Source of the DNA: Styela clava
Lineage: Eukaryota
DNA length: 64,000 bases
Assembly: GCF_964204865.1 (NCBI RefSeq)
Contig: NC_135251.1
Coordinates: 20,150,001 to 20,214,000, forward strand
Reading direction: 5' to 3'
Position numbers and translations under genes: made by a program. Of this stretch, positions 1-12,330 are shown one piece after another. The notes below the pieces were generated by a model, which saw nothing but the letters and a program-made list of their open reading frames with translations, ran no database searches and was not told the DNA's origin. The stretch's first letter is position 1. Every line of letters starts with the position of its first letter.

Positions 1-140
1 GGCCCCAAGTCGAAACTATGAAATAAATTTAGACTGTCACAAACAATCTAAATAAATCTGTTATTCGAACACAGATAGATCTTAGAAATTAGCTGTGAAG
101 GCTGTTTTAACAAAGCTTTATATAGCAATTGATTCTTTAG

Positions 141-3100
141 ATAAAGAACAGAAGAAACATTGACCTAGTGTTTATAGGAGGAAGTACGCACAGTGGTACA
201 AGTTTGATTAGAGCAATGTTGGATTCTCACCAAGAAATTTATTGTGGATACGAAACATGGCTGATGAGAACTATATTAGGCGGATTGGAAAAGTGGAGAG
301 AGTGAGCGTCGTTATTTACTCTATGTGTCTGCGTATTTGATCACAAATTTACCTGTATCACTTGTTATTTTCAGATTTAATCAGAAGCACTTCTTGGTGA
401 ACGCTGGAGTCTACCCAGAGGCACTAGATGACGCAATTGCGCAATTCATGTTGGAAGTAATTCTCGGTCACTGTCCGACTTCTAAACTATGTTGCTACAA
501 GGACACGTATATCTTAACCTACGCAGAGTACGTATAAGTTTTATGCCTGTAAAGTGAGGAGCAACTGGGGGGCCCGTGGTCCCAAGGGAGACGCGGAGAA
601 GTTAGAGGGTGGCCACAATACTGGGAAAAGCAAAATTGATTTAATGCAATTTTGTTTGCATATTTTTCTTTCATAAGAATATTCCCCGTTTCCCTAGTTT
701 GATTACCTGATGAGATTATTTTGCAGGATGTTTTTATTTTATGGTATGAATTATTTGATCATAATGGGTTTTGAAATCAACAAATCAAAATAACATTATG
801 AAACCTTTTTGCTTCAGAAATTTCAACCTTTGTAGCTGGTTGGCAGACCCTCTGATCTGCAGATAACGGTCGAACCTAGTCAACTTGTAACTAGTGAACG
901 CCGAAAAATACATTAAAATTTCTAAGACACGTGAATGAGACACCATTTACCTTTAGGGTTGGCTTTCTCAAATAAATCCAGATGGCCTAGATGCCCTAAC
1001 TGGAATGTACGCAATGCGTGCATTGCTCCCATTTTTGTTAAAAGCCTTTGGAAGGGGGCCACGAGCCATAAAAGGTTGGGAATCACTGGTGTGCGGTCTA
1101 GAAAATATTATGGTCTGTATGCATTAGGAAAACTTTTAATATTCTTTTCGGGCAAGAGAAAAGTTTCAATCATTTCAACCAAGCTATTTATTGATTCATA
1201 AATATTTTATGTTTAGGTATATCCACAGATTGTTCAAAAATGCTAAATTCATTCACATGGTCAGAGATCCAAGAGCGGTCGTTTATTCAGAACTATCACA
1301 GAAAGATCCAAACAATGTCAATAATGTCACAAGTTATTGGTATGTACATACGCATCAAAAGAAAAAACGAGAATATCGGTCAGAGACCGAAGACTTATCG
1401 ATCGAAAATTAGGCGATCCCCCAAAACAGCGCTCTTACTCCATAGTGACACCTTGTGTCCCATCACTAATTAATTAATAACTCGCTAATTATACGACATA
1501 GATCATCTAAAATCAAAAGTCGTGAGATATCGCGTACATCTAACAGACAGACAGACAGACAAATAAATATCAACATACTTACCGATTAAAATCGATAAGT
1601 AATAATAAACAAAAGTAGAAAACCTGCGATTTTAATTTTGGTCAAAAGGGCTGGAGAGAAAACAAAAAGCACTGTCTTTCACATCTTGTCAAATGAATTG
1701 GTGAATATGCTCCAATTACTGTTAAATGTAGAATCCTTAATATCACGCGATGATTTGACTTCAAAGTCAATATCATGCAAAATACCTATGTTTTGTCAGA
1801 ATCTGGTGTTAGCATTACGATGTAAGCAAACTTATGAAAATATTTTCTTGGTTGTTCTCTACAATATATATATAAATAAATAATAAAATGCTTACTCAAG
1901 GAATGCAATCCTGGGATGAGCAAATGCAAGCAAAACATAGGGTACGACGTATATGAAACACTTTGTTTTGCGTATTTGAAAGTATGGCAAAACTAAATAA
2001 GTAGAACAAGTTCATGCATAATTACATATTATATTTATTTTTTCTTTATTATTTTCTTGATTTTATGATAATATTTTAACTCATCTTAACTTGCAGGATG
2101 AATTTTCAAAAATGGGATGAGGATAATTTAATAATATTGGACAAATGTGCGGATTTAGGGAAAAAATATTGTTTGTTAGTCAAATATGAACAATTGATAT
2201 TGAAACCCGTGGCGCAAACAAAACGAATATTCGAATTTCTTGGAATTCCATGGAGCGACGAAGTTTTACATCACGAAAGACATATCAACAAATCTTTAAT
2301 ATTAAGGTAAAAAATTGAAAATATAAATTAAAACTAGTTTTTTTTTGGCTAAAACAGTCATTTCAATCTCGCGTTGAGGTGAGTACGGTAAATATTTTCC
2401 TTGAATTGAATTTAGTAAATCCAGCGCAATGCAACAATAGATCTTATCTAAATTCATACCTTTACGACGTTAATCCTTATTCAATACACACTGTCTAATA
2501 GGATTGCCAGTGGTGGAACGGGTTCTCGTTTGCATCGAATTACCTAACAACGGGTTCCCTTATATCAGAAGATATATATATATGTGATTACTTATGCTAA
2601 ATTAACAAGACACGATTTAAATAAATCTAATACATGACTTTCGAAACGCCAAATATAACGTCGGTCTTCAGCTTCGGTGCACGTTGCTCAGTTGCTGCAG
2701 TCGCCGAACGTCTAAAAAAGAATGGGTTCGCAGATAGTTCGCACAAACCCTCTGATCGCCATCATTGAAAAAATTTAATTTAGGTACGCCCTGTCATCTT
2801 ATTAATACTTTTTTTATCATGAACAAAGGCATCGAAAAGGTCATACCTTTATTGAATTGTTTTAAATTTTTTTCCCTTAAGCAGGTTTCTTAGAAGAGGT
2901 ATAATCGGCACTGGTCATAAATCAAATTCATTGTTTATACAATTGATTGTTGTAAAGAATTGAATAACTTAATGGGCATGCTATTCTAGATCAGAAGAAT
3001 ATGTGAGTGAAGATTTATTCAAACCTTTACATTTGAATGGACTAAAGAGTTGGTTTGGGAATCTCCCGAAAGAAATTGAAGAAAATCTCGGACAGAATGG

Positions 3101-3197
3101 AATTGGTCAATTGGTGTATTTTGACTATGATCGAAAAGAGCATACTCCAAATTATGGCCGGCCTGATGAATTTATGATGAAAATGATAAATAAATAG
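141..3197 (+). CDS. TPST-like sulfotransferase, clade A copy 1 (5' partial; first TM-encoding exon lies upstream of the window)
   Basis: GT-AG exons 141-301, 375-527, 1217-1339, 2097-2306 and 2990-3197 splice in frame. Motifs: VFIGGSTHSGTSLIRAMLDSHQEIYCGYET (5'-PSB loop region), CCYKD, MVRDPRA (3'-PB), VKYEQLILKP...FLGIPWSDEVLHHE, KPLHLNGLKSW...PNYGRPD, all collinear with TPST1/2. Confidence 0.9.
1365..1602 (-). mobile_element. Helentron-associated non-autonomous element (DINE-1/HINE-like), internally deleted copy
   Basis: Same family as 35223-35515 and 51478-51789. Has a subterminal palindrome ACTTA(C)CGAT..ATCGATAAGT, a (CAGA)n microsatellite and a terminal stem-loop TCGGTCAGAGACCGA, and sits in an A/T run with no TSD. 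Absent from the equivalent intron of A2. Confidence 0.7.
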
Positions 3198-4762
3198 GAA
3201 TTATAGAAAAAACGATATTAAATGATTGCTTCCACCGCAAGTATTGATGAGTTTTTCTCGGAATTAGTCGAATTCTTTTGTGGGCATTGTCCAATTTCGT
3301 TGCATTTCGTGGTGAAAACTGTAAATTGCACCAAACCAACTAAAAAAAATTTGCATTATGTTACGTCATTGCTAAAATTACTAAACGAATAAAATTTAAT
3401 ATTGTAATATTTAATTTTCATTGGTTGATGAATGATAAATTTTGGTACAAGTGAATCAACGAACAATAAATATCGATAGTTGAATTATTTTCGTATATTT
3501 CCGAACGATTGATTATTCATCTAGCAAAATGTTGAATTCGATAGAGGCAAGGAAAGGGTTAATTTCCAATATATATTCTCTATATGGAAACGAACAGTTT
3601 TTACTCAATGTACATAAAAAACGATATTTGTTTGTTCAGCCATCAAATGGTACTCAGTACGATATTAGAGGGTAATTTTTGTCAGGATGAGAAATAAAAT
3701 ATGTAAGACTCAACAGCAGACAAGTATTTGAGAACGACGCATGTATTTTTGTTTGAAATTTTTTATGTATTTGTCACAGTATTGCAATAATTTAGAATTT
3801 TTTGTTATTGAAATAAATATTGGCTACTCAGAAACCATGCCCATGTAATCGACATAGAAAGTCTTTGTCTATTCAAGCTTATTTGTAGCATGCATGTATG
3901 TTTCAATGAAATCAGAATACCTGAGATAGCGTAGTACCAAATAAGCATAAGTGGACTTCATACGTGGAGAGATACTTGTGCTGCACCGTTCATTTTCATG
4001 CATCTGAATGTGCAAATTAATATTTAGGGCGCTAAAACAACTATATTGAAAGCAGTTAGTAAGGCAGTTGTTGGTTGATTGTAAGATATGAAAAAATAAC
4101 ATAAAAAACAGATTATCAAAAATTTAGCGACATGAATTTAAATGATCTACGGACTTCTAAGTCAGTCTAGGAGGCTTCACCGCTGTGTTTCAAAATATTT
4201 GAATGGCGATTTTTTCTATTCCAGTCTATGTGAGCGAGATATCAACAGAAATGAGAGTGGAAACCACGAAATCCCGATAAATTATGCCGAGTGTATCTGT
4301 TCGCAATAAACACAATAATATGCAATAATTACAAGCAGTTTTCAGTTATGACCGAAAATCTAGAGAACGAATATTATGTTGCCTGAGTTAGAAATATATT
4401 ATTATATAATTCTTATTTATCTTACCAAAGAAGGTAACTTTCTCTCTAACAGTAAAAAAAATATATATCATAGCTATCAATTTAATCACAAAAATATCAC
4501 GATTAAAAAAAATTGGCTCCATTTTGTAAAAATACTTCTAGCGTTTCAAACTGTTGGCGTCAGGAAGTTTATTCTGTTATTATTTCAAATTCTAAAGGTA
4601 CAGTTAGAGTTTAGATATATGTGTTATATATATACAACAATACTTTTTTTGTCGCAATAACTAAATATTTCTAAGCATTTCAGGGCTTCGGCAATAATAA
4701 TGATTAATATAGATTATTAATATGTTGCATTTCAGATCACTACTCTGTACGGAAAGCTGGGG

Positions 4763-7700
4763 ATGTTCAGAAGCGACCTAAAACAGTTATTCTTAATCTG
4801 TTTATGCGTGTGCTCCTCTGTGCTCTTTTATTATTTGTGTCGAACAATAAAGAAAAAGGATCCAGCGTTAGATATAAACGAAAGGGTAAAGTATTTGAAA
4901 AGTAATATATAATGTACAGGCTAATTGAATATTTCTACACTAGAAGACGACAGTATCCAAACATTGTAGAATTTATAGTTTTGCCACGAATCTGTACAAG
5001 TACCCAGTCTACATAAGATTAAACAAGATGCCAAATGGAAAGAAATGTACGACGAATATGAACAAAGCAATTTGAAATGTCACGGATAAAAGCATTTGTT
5101 TGGCGAAACCATTAGATTGAATAATTTTTAATCTCATTAGTAAACTCGTTGCTCCGCAGGCCTTACCGACCCATACGCGATGCGCTACCTTTGTATACAA
5201 TGTATACATTGCTCTCTTGTTTTAACGATCGTGAATTCCATTCCATCGAGATTCAGGACTAAAAATCGAAACTATTCCATTGGACTTATGAAATAAATTC
5301 AGACTGGCACAAACAATATAAATGAAATGAAACTGTTATTGGAACACAGATAGATCTTAAAAATTACCTGTGAGGGTTCTCTTAACGAATGTTTATATAG
5401 CAATTATTTCTTTAGATAAAAGACAGAAGAGACATTGACCTGGTGTTCATAGGAGGAAGTACGCACAGTGGTACAAGTTTGATTAGAGCAATGTTGGATT
5501 CTCATCAGGAAATTTATTGTGGATACGGAACATGGCTGATGAGAAATATCTTAGGCGGATTGAAAAATTGGAGAAAGTGAGCGTCGTTATTTTCTTTATG
5601 TGTCTGCATATCTAATCATGCATTCAACTATATCACTTGCTATTTTCAGATTTAATCGAAAGCAATTCTTGGTGAACGCTGGTGTGTACCCAGAAGCACT
5701 AGATGACGCAATCGCGCAATTCATGTTGGAAGTAATTCTCGGTCACTGTCCGACTTCTAAACTATGTTGCTACAAGGACAAGTATATCTTAACCCACGCA
5801 GAGTACGTATAAATTTTATAACTGTGAATAGTGTGGAGCAACCGGGGACCATGGTCATCAAAGAAAACCACAGAGCAGTTGGAAAATGGCCACACGACTA
5901 GGCGCAAAATTGATTTTAATGCAATTTCGTTTGCATATTCTTTCTTTATAAGAAGATGCCATGTCCTGCCCTGAGACGACAATACCTTTGGATCTACCCA
6001 AGTAATATCAGATGCCCTAGAATTCGGCCAATGCGTGCATTGCACCCCTCTTTTGAATGATTGACAGAGAAATCGTGAATGCTAAATGTATTCGGAAGGG
6101 TGCCACGAGTCATAAAAGTTGGAACCACTGGTGTGGAGTCTAAAATATATTATGACTTGGATACATTGAATACACTTTCAATGATATTAATATTCAGTTT
6201 GCTTGATCTTCGAGCAAGAAAAAGGTTTTAATCATTTTAAGCAAGCTATTTATTGATTTATATATTGAGTTCAGGTATATCCACAAATTGTTCAAAAATG
6301 CCAAATTCATTCACATGGTCAGAGATCCAAGAGCGGTCGTTTATTCAAGTCTATCACAGAATGATTCAAACAATGCCGCAAGTTATTGGTATGTACATAC
6401 GCATGTATCAGAAATTGGCGCTTCCGTAGTATGTGTATCAAAATGGCGCACAACCTGGTAATCCCAACCTGGTACCTATACTATGTTCAGGTTGTGCGCC
6501 ATCTTGGTACACATACTACGGGGAGTACCCAAAAAATCTACATAAAAGCAGGAAACCTGCTATTTTCGTTTTGATCAAAGAGCTGGAAAAGGCTGAAAAA
6601 TAAGTAGAAATTATCATGCATAACTACATATAATATTTTTATGTTCTTTTTTATTTTCTTGATTTTATGATATTATTTTAACTTATCTTAACTTGCAGGA
6701 TGAATTTTCGAAAATGGGATGAAGATAATATAATAATATTGAACAAATGTGAGGAATTAGGAAAAAAATATTGTTTGTTAGTTAAATATGAACAATTGAT
6801 ATTAAAACCCGTGACGCAAACAAAACGAATATTCAAATTTCTTGGAATTCCATGGAACGACGAAGTTTTGCATCACGAAAGACATATTAACAAATCTTTA
6901 ATATTAAGGTAAGAAAGTGAAAATACTAATTAAAACTTTTTGTTTGGTAAAACTGTCAATTCAATCTCACTGGTGAATATTCAACTTGAATTGAATTCAG
7001 TTAACCAGGCAACAATGAATCGGGTTCTTGTTCCAATGGAACTATACTAAAATAACAAGACATACCGTATTTGCTCGTTTTGTAGCCCGGGCCCTTTTTT
7101 TTCAACCAACTCGCTAACCGGGCCCTTATTCAAACCGGCCCTTATTCAAGCACGGGCGCTTGTTATTTTCGATCGTTACAATAATTAATATATTGTTATT
7201 TCCAGTTCTCAAGTATGGTTTAAACTAGAATACCGAAAATTTTGACTTTTTCTACGCACCGCAGGTACAATGCCGCAAAAGAAGAAAAGTTTTGCGACGC
7301 CCTATCAATATTGAAACGACGCACTTGGGCGTCGCGACGCCCAGTTTGAGAACCATGGTGTTACGTACTCAACGCTATCTGTTATGTACCTGGACGCCTA
7401 AGGCGTGAGTGTTATCTACCGGCGCTCAAAATTCAACAGCGTTGTGACAAAAGCGCTTCTTATTTCCTATTGTTCTCTACCAATGAAAAATCAGCTTTTA
7501 CATCGGGCGGGTATTCAAGCACCGGCCCTTATTTATTTTTATGTTCTGTTTACACGGGCGGCTATTCATGCGGGCCCTTAATGAAGATCGGGCGGTAAAA
7601 CGAGCATATACGGTAAATATAATAGCTAACTTTTGAAACGCCAATCACCAGCTGCGGTGCACGTTTCTCAATAGCTGCAGTCGCCAAACGTCTAAAAATG

Positions 7701-8200
7701 AAACCAGTTTGCTGATTATTACGACATTGCAACGGGGTTGCGTAACCCTCTTAATCCAACCACTGAAAATATTTGAATTCGGATACGCCCTGTTATCTTG
7801 TTAATGCCATTTTTATCATAAACAAAGGCATTTACAAGTTTATATATTTATTGCAATGTTTTAAATTTTTTCCCTGAGCGGGTGTCTTAGAAGTAAGTGG
7901 TATCAGCACAGGCCAAATGTATAAATATCACTCACTTTATGCAGTTGCCCTTAATACAGAATTTGGATAACTTAATGGGCATAATATTTTAGATCAGAAG
8001 AATATGTGAGTGAAGATTTATTCAAGCCTCTACATTTGAATGGACTAAAGAGTTGGTTCGGAAATCTCCCAAAAGAAATTGAAGAAAATCTCGGACACAA
8101 TGGAATTGGTCAATTGATGTATTTTGACTATAATCCAGAAGAGCATACCCCGATTTATGGCCGGCCTGATGAATTTATGATGAAAATGATAAATAAATAA
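4763..8200 (+). CDS. TPST-like sulfotransferase, clade A copy 2 (catalytic Glu replaced by Gly)
   Basis: Exons 4763-4885 (MFRSDLKQLFLICLCVCSSVLFYYLCRTIKKK, a type II signal-anchor), 5416-5576, 5650-5802, 6275-6388, 6699-6908 and 7993-8200. Open frame, highly similar to A1. Reads CGYGTW where A1 has CGYETW. Confidence 0.9.
7065..7613. mobile_element. pogo/Tigger-type MITE in intron 5 of A2
   Basis: TIRs CCGTATTTGCTCGTTTT / AAAACGAGCATATACGG flanked by TA on both sides. Absent from the homologous A1 intron. Confidence 0.75.
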
Positions 8201-8419
8201 ATAGGAATTGTAGAAATTATAGATAATTACCGTCCCCAACGTTAGTTTGATGATTTTTTTTTTCGAAGTTAGTCGACTTCTTTTTGTGGGTAATATACAC
8301 CAAATTATCGCAATCTGGTTTGTCAATTTGTGAGCTGTAGCTCAATGTCGCCGAATATATCATATTAGGAGAATATATTCTGACGTAAAGATTAGCGCCT
8401 CGCGCAGGCACGCATAAAA

Positions 8420-9110
8420 TACTTCTATTTACGGTAGACGTAAAGGTTTGTTTATATCGAATGGGAAAGTAATGCTCATTTTATATTTAATAATCATACA
8501 AGAAAAAAGACTTTTCGTTGACTTGAGTCTTCCGATACGAGCTAACATGATTTGATTCACGTAAAAAGAAGTTTTAAACAAGCCCAGGAAAATTCCTATT
8601 TTTACATGACTAGTTTCGTTGTATTTCGTAATGAAATTTGTAAATTGCACCAAACCACCTAAAATATTTTTTCATTATATTACGTTATTGCTAAAATTAC
8701 TAAACGAATAAAAGTTCTATAATATTTAATTTTTATTGGATGATAAGTGATCAATTTTGTTACATGTGAATCAACGAACAATAAATATGAATAGTTGAAT
8801 TGTTTCCATATATTTGCGAACGATTATTCCTCTAGCAAAATGAAGGGAAAGAAGATAAGGGAGAATAACTATACCAAACTCATGTGTTTCCCCATAGTTA
8901 GGACTAGGAGACTTGTCTACTCGATTGCATCGTAAAACACTTCGTTTTGGTGCAATTTTAAGCATAGCTTTTTCTACATCTTCCGGAATATTAGCGAACG
9001 ATTGTACGAGTCCAGTAAATACACAGGGGTTTTGATACTCGCTTTGTGGATACTTCGGTTCTGTCAAGTTAGAGTAGGTTGAAATCATAACTTTTAATAG
9101 ACAAGCACTT
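8420..9110 (-). pseudogene. Inverted relic of a clade-B TPST-like gene (penultimate exon 8875-9060 plus 3' UTR/flank)
   Basis: The minus strand reads ...GLVQSFANIPEDVEKAMLKIAPKRSVLRCNRVDKSPSPNYGETHEF, frameshifted relative to B exon 6, with its ttgacag acceptor at 9061-9067. 8420-8840 is the reverse complement of B-gene 3' flank sequence. Confidence 0.8.
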
Positions 9111-9519
9111 TTGGGTTGATTACACTGCCATGATTTCAGAGTGGGGCCAAAGTTATTTCGATAACAATAAAACTATTGCAATATTGTGACGAAAACATGA
9201 AGATTGTCGGACATATATATCTGAATATTAGACCATGCAATAAATAATGAGAATATCGCATTTACGATATATTCCGCAATATAACTTAATTATGCTTTCT
9301 TGGGTTCTAAAAAGTGTTCAAATCGATAGCGATGCCCAATAAAAAAGGGGTATTGCAGACAGTAGGAGAATCAAAATTTTAGAAACAGTTTCATTTTTGT
9401 ATCGAACTTACCAACAACAGGTTCCCGTCATTTCGAAAAATGTATGTATGTCACTGAGGAAGCTGTATTAACATGCCACGCCTTATATAACTTTCGAAAC
9501 GCCAAATAAAAACCTTAGG

Positions 9520-9928
9520 GTATAGGGTCCGCGGACATCTGGGGGTTCGCGACGATATGAAATGAGTCTGATCGATCTTTATTGATTAATTTCAGATCAT
9601 TGCATCTTTTTGGAAATTTGAAAAACATACATGTGTGAGGCAGCATTTTCAGCTCTTATCAATTTGATGACAAAATACAAGTCTCGACTTGCCGTAGAGT
9701 CGGACCGGGCGAGTTTGCTTGTCACAAATTGCTAGGAAAATTATTAGATTGTGCAGTCAAAAGCAATCTCATTCAACATATTATTATATTTTGTGTTGTT
9801 GCGATGTAAATGAAACATTGTTCCTCCTGGTTGGTTAGGCATAAGAATTGATACGGCATAGAGTTGGGTCCGTCAAAAATAAGATTCTAAAACATGGGTC
9901 CGCGGCCCAATAAGTTCGGGAAACACTG
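9520..9928 (+). mobile_element. hAT (Charlie/Buster-type) remnant carrying a transposase C-terminal dimerisation fragment
   Basis: 9625-9710 translates TYMCEAAFSALINLMTKYKSRLAVESD (the hAT TY.CE..FS motif). It ends in a Charlie-like terminus GGGAAACACTG. Confidence 0.7.
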
Positions 9929-12330
9929 GCCTAACATATAAAACAAATAAACGAAAACGAGTTCGCTGTATACCACCACATTCAGGGTTTTGTTTTTTAT
10001 CAATTCTAAAAAAACATCGTGTTTTAAAACAAGAGCTTGTTTTAAATCAATTTTTTTCTGTATGTTCTGTATTTTTTATTGAAATACCCCTTGCATCGCC
10101 GCGCAACTACGCCAAAACGTTGCGTTCTGGCAGCTGCACACGCAGCCAGAATTATAATTTCAAAAGTGTAAGTAAAATTTTTTTTTTTAATTTTTACTTC
10201 TATTGCGTACAATCATCGCCACGTTTGTATCTTGACCAAAGTCATAAGATTTTACCCGGAATATTTAGCCGAGATATCAGAGAGATGTTTTGAGTAAGAA
10301 AAATTGACATATTGACATTTTCCACATAAAATGACGGCATTATTATGGTTAATACTGTTCGGGTAAATTATGCTTAGCATACTTTGTTTTTGAGGTTGAA
10401 GTGATAGAGTTTTTCAAAGTTATACAAACAAATTTATTCGATCGCTTTTTAATTTTCGCAAGGTGGTGTCATCGCAGCAGGGTCGTTCACGTAATGGCTT
10501 ATCGGTTGCGTCCTACTGCGCCAACTACTGAACTACAGCTTGAGAAGGTGTGTATGAGCCTCTGTCGATATTTGTAGAGTTTTGAAAGATTTATTGCAAA
10601 TAAGAAGCGCTTGGCAAGTTTTTACATCCATTTTCCTTCAACCTATTTAATACAAAAAAATCAAATAGTACAGCCATTTTGAACAAAACAGGCAAAAAAA
10701 ACTTGATTTAAAACAATCGTTTTAAAACAATTCTTTTTGAACAAATCCCTAACCACATTCAAAAAACGGATCCGCGCGAATTGGGTTAATTCCAAATATT
10801 TATACGGTGCTAAGAGCAACTTCACTTGATGTACGTAAAAATCGATGTTTGTTTGTACAGCCATCAAATGGTACTCAGTACTATATTTGGGGCAATTTTC
10901 TGGATGAGAAATCAAAGGTCAGCAGACAGGGATTTGAAAACGCCGCATGTATTTCTGTTCGACATTTCACGTGTATTCATCACAGTAATATTGAGGTTTG
11001 GAACTTTTTGTTAATAAAATACCCTAGGTTATACTCAGAAATCATCCCACTGGAATTGACCTAGACATCTTTGCCAATTCAAGTTTACAATTTTCATGTA
11101 TGAATGTTCATTACTAAAGTGCTAGTAGAATCAAAATGATGCTAGCAAGAGGAAGGCGCAGATTCAAAAGTGTCGTTATTTTTGTAAAAAAGAAAAATAG
11201 TTTCAAGATAAATGGTGGTGCAGAGACCTAATCGGAGCAGCAATATGAGACTGGGATAGGTGCGTGTCCTCTTCTCGCTTATCTCCAAGCTTCCCACCCC
11301 AAAACTGATTGCTTAGCAATCTCAACGATTATGATTACCTTGATCACTGTAACTAACTGAACCGGAAAGACGTACCTCTTGAGTCGATTCCGATTGATAT
11401 AAGCACGAAATGCGGCCATCAGCCAAACTTTTGCGTATTTGTCACCCTGAAAATTTTCTATGTTTTTATAATCTGATCACGACAACCATTATGTCATATA
11501 TGCGTGCCTCGGAATCGTGCCTATTATCATTGTTGGCGCATTGTCAGAACTTTGTAAACCACCTTACAATACGAATTTTGCAGGTTGGTTTGAATCTATT
11601 ATTCTTTGCACTCTTTTCCAGTAAAAGTGATATTTTATTTACGTTTTCGCATATGACAAATGCAGTATGGTATATTAACGCCTCTCTCACAAAATAAAAT
11701 ATTAGATTTCAATCTAGATTACGGTTTTCCAGCTCTGAACTTCAAAAATACGAAAAAATCATAACCTGACTCAAAGTGCTGAAATGCCACTATGATCAAC
11801 ATTAAATCAGTTATTATCTAAAAAAAACGACAGAATTGGCGCAATCGTCGTCACTAAGTTAGCGGCAATCTGTAATTGAACTAAAATAAAAATTGAATAA
11901 CGGGGCATGATTCGAACAGTTATCACTATTATAAGTAATTACAAAATTATAACAATTATTAGTACATACCACTGAATAGGTTTTGTTCTGTTACAGTGGA
12001 TTTCAATGCAGAATAAAAAGGAATGCTCCCTTTCTATAACAAATTTATAATCCAACCATTGCTGATTCTATTCCCACATTGGTATTCACACTCGTTATGT
12101 ACTATTGAGTTAATATTTGAGATTGTATTCTCTCATATAAATTTGTAACGTGACTAGACTAGGCTAAACTTAGTTCCGAATCCTTGAATCCTAGTTCGAA
12201 CTATGAAAATGTTTTCTTTTTTCAGTAATTACCAAAGTTTTCGACTTCACTTCATAACTGTACGTTTTGCGAAATTTGTAAGATACAATTTTCAATGTAT
12301 TTTTTAACAGTTGTAAAAACTATCATCAAA

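Noticed and set aside
141-8200. A1/A2 (or B1-B3) as haplotype or assembly duplicates
   Set aside because: The copies differ by many substitutions, indels and private transposon insertions, consistent with true tandem paralogues. Long reads would be needed to exclude this fully.
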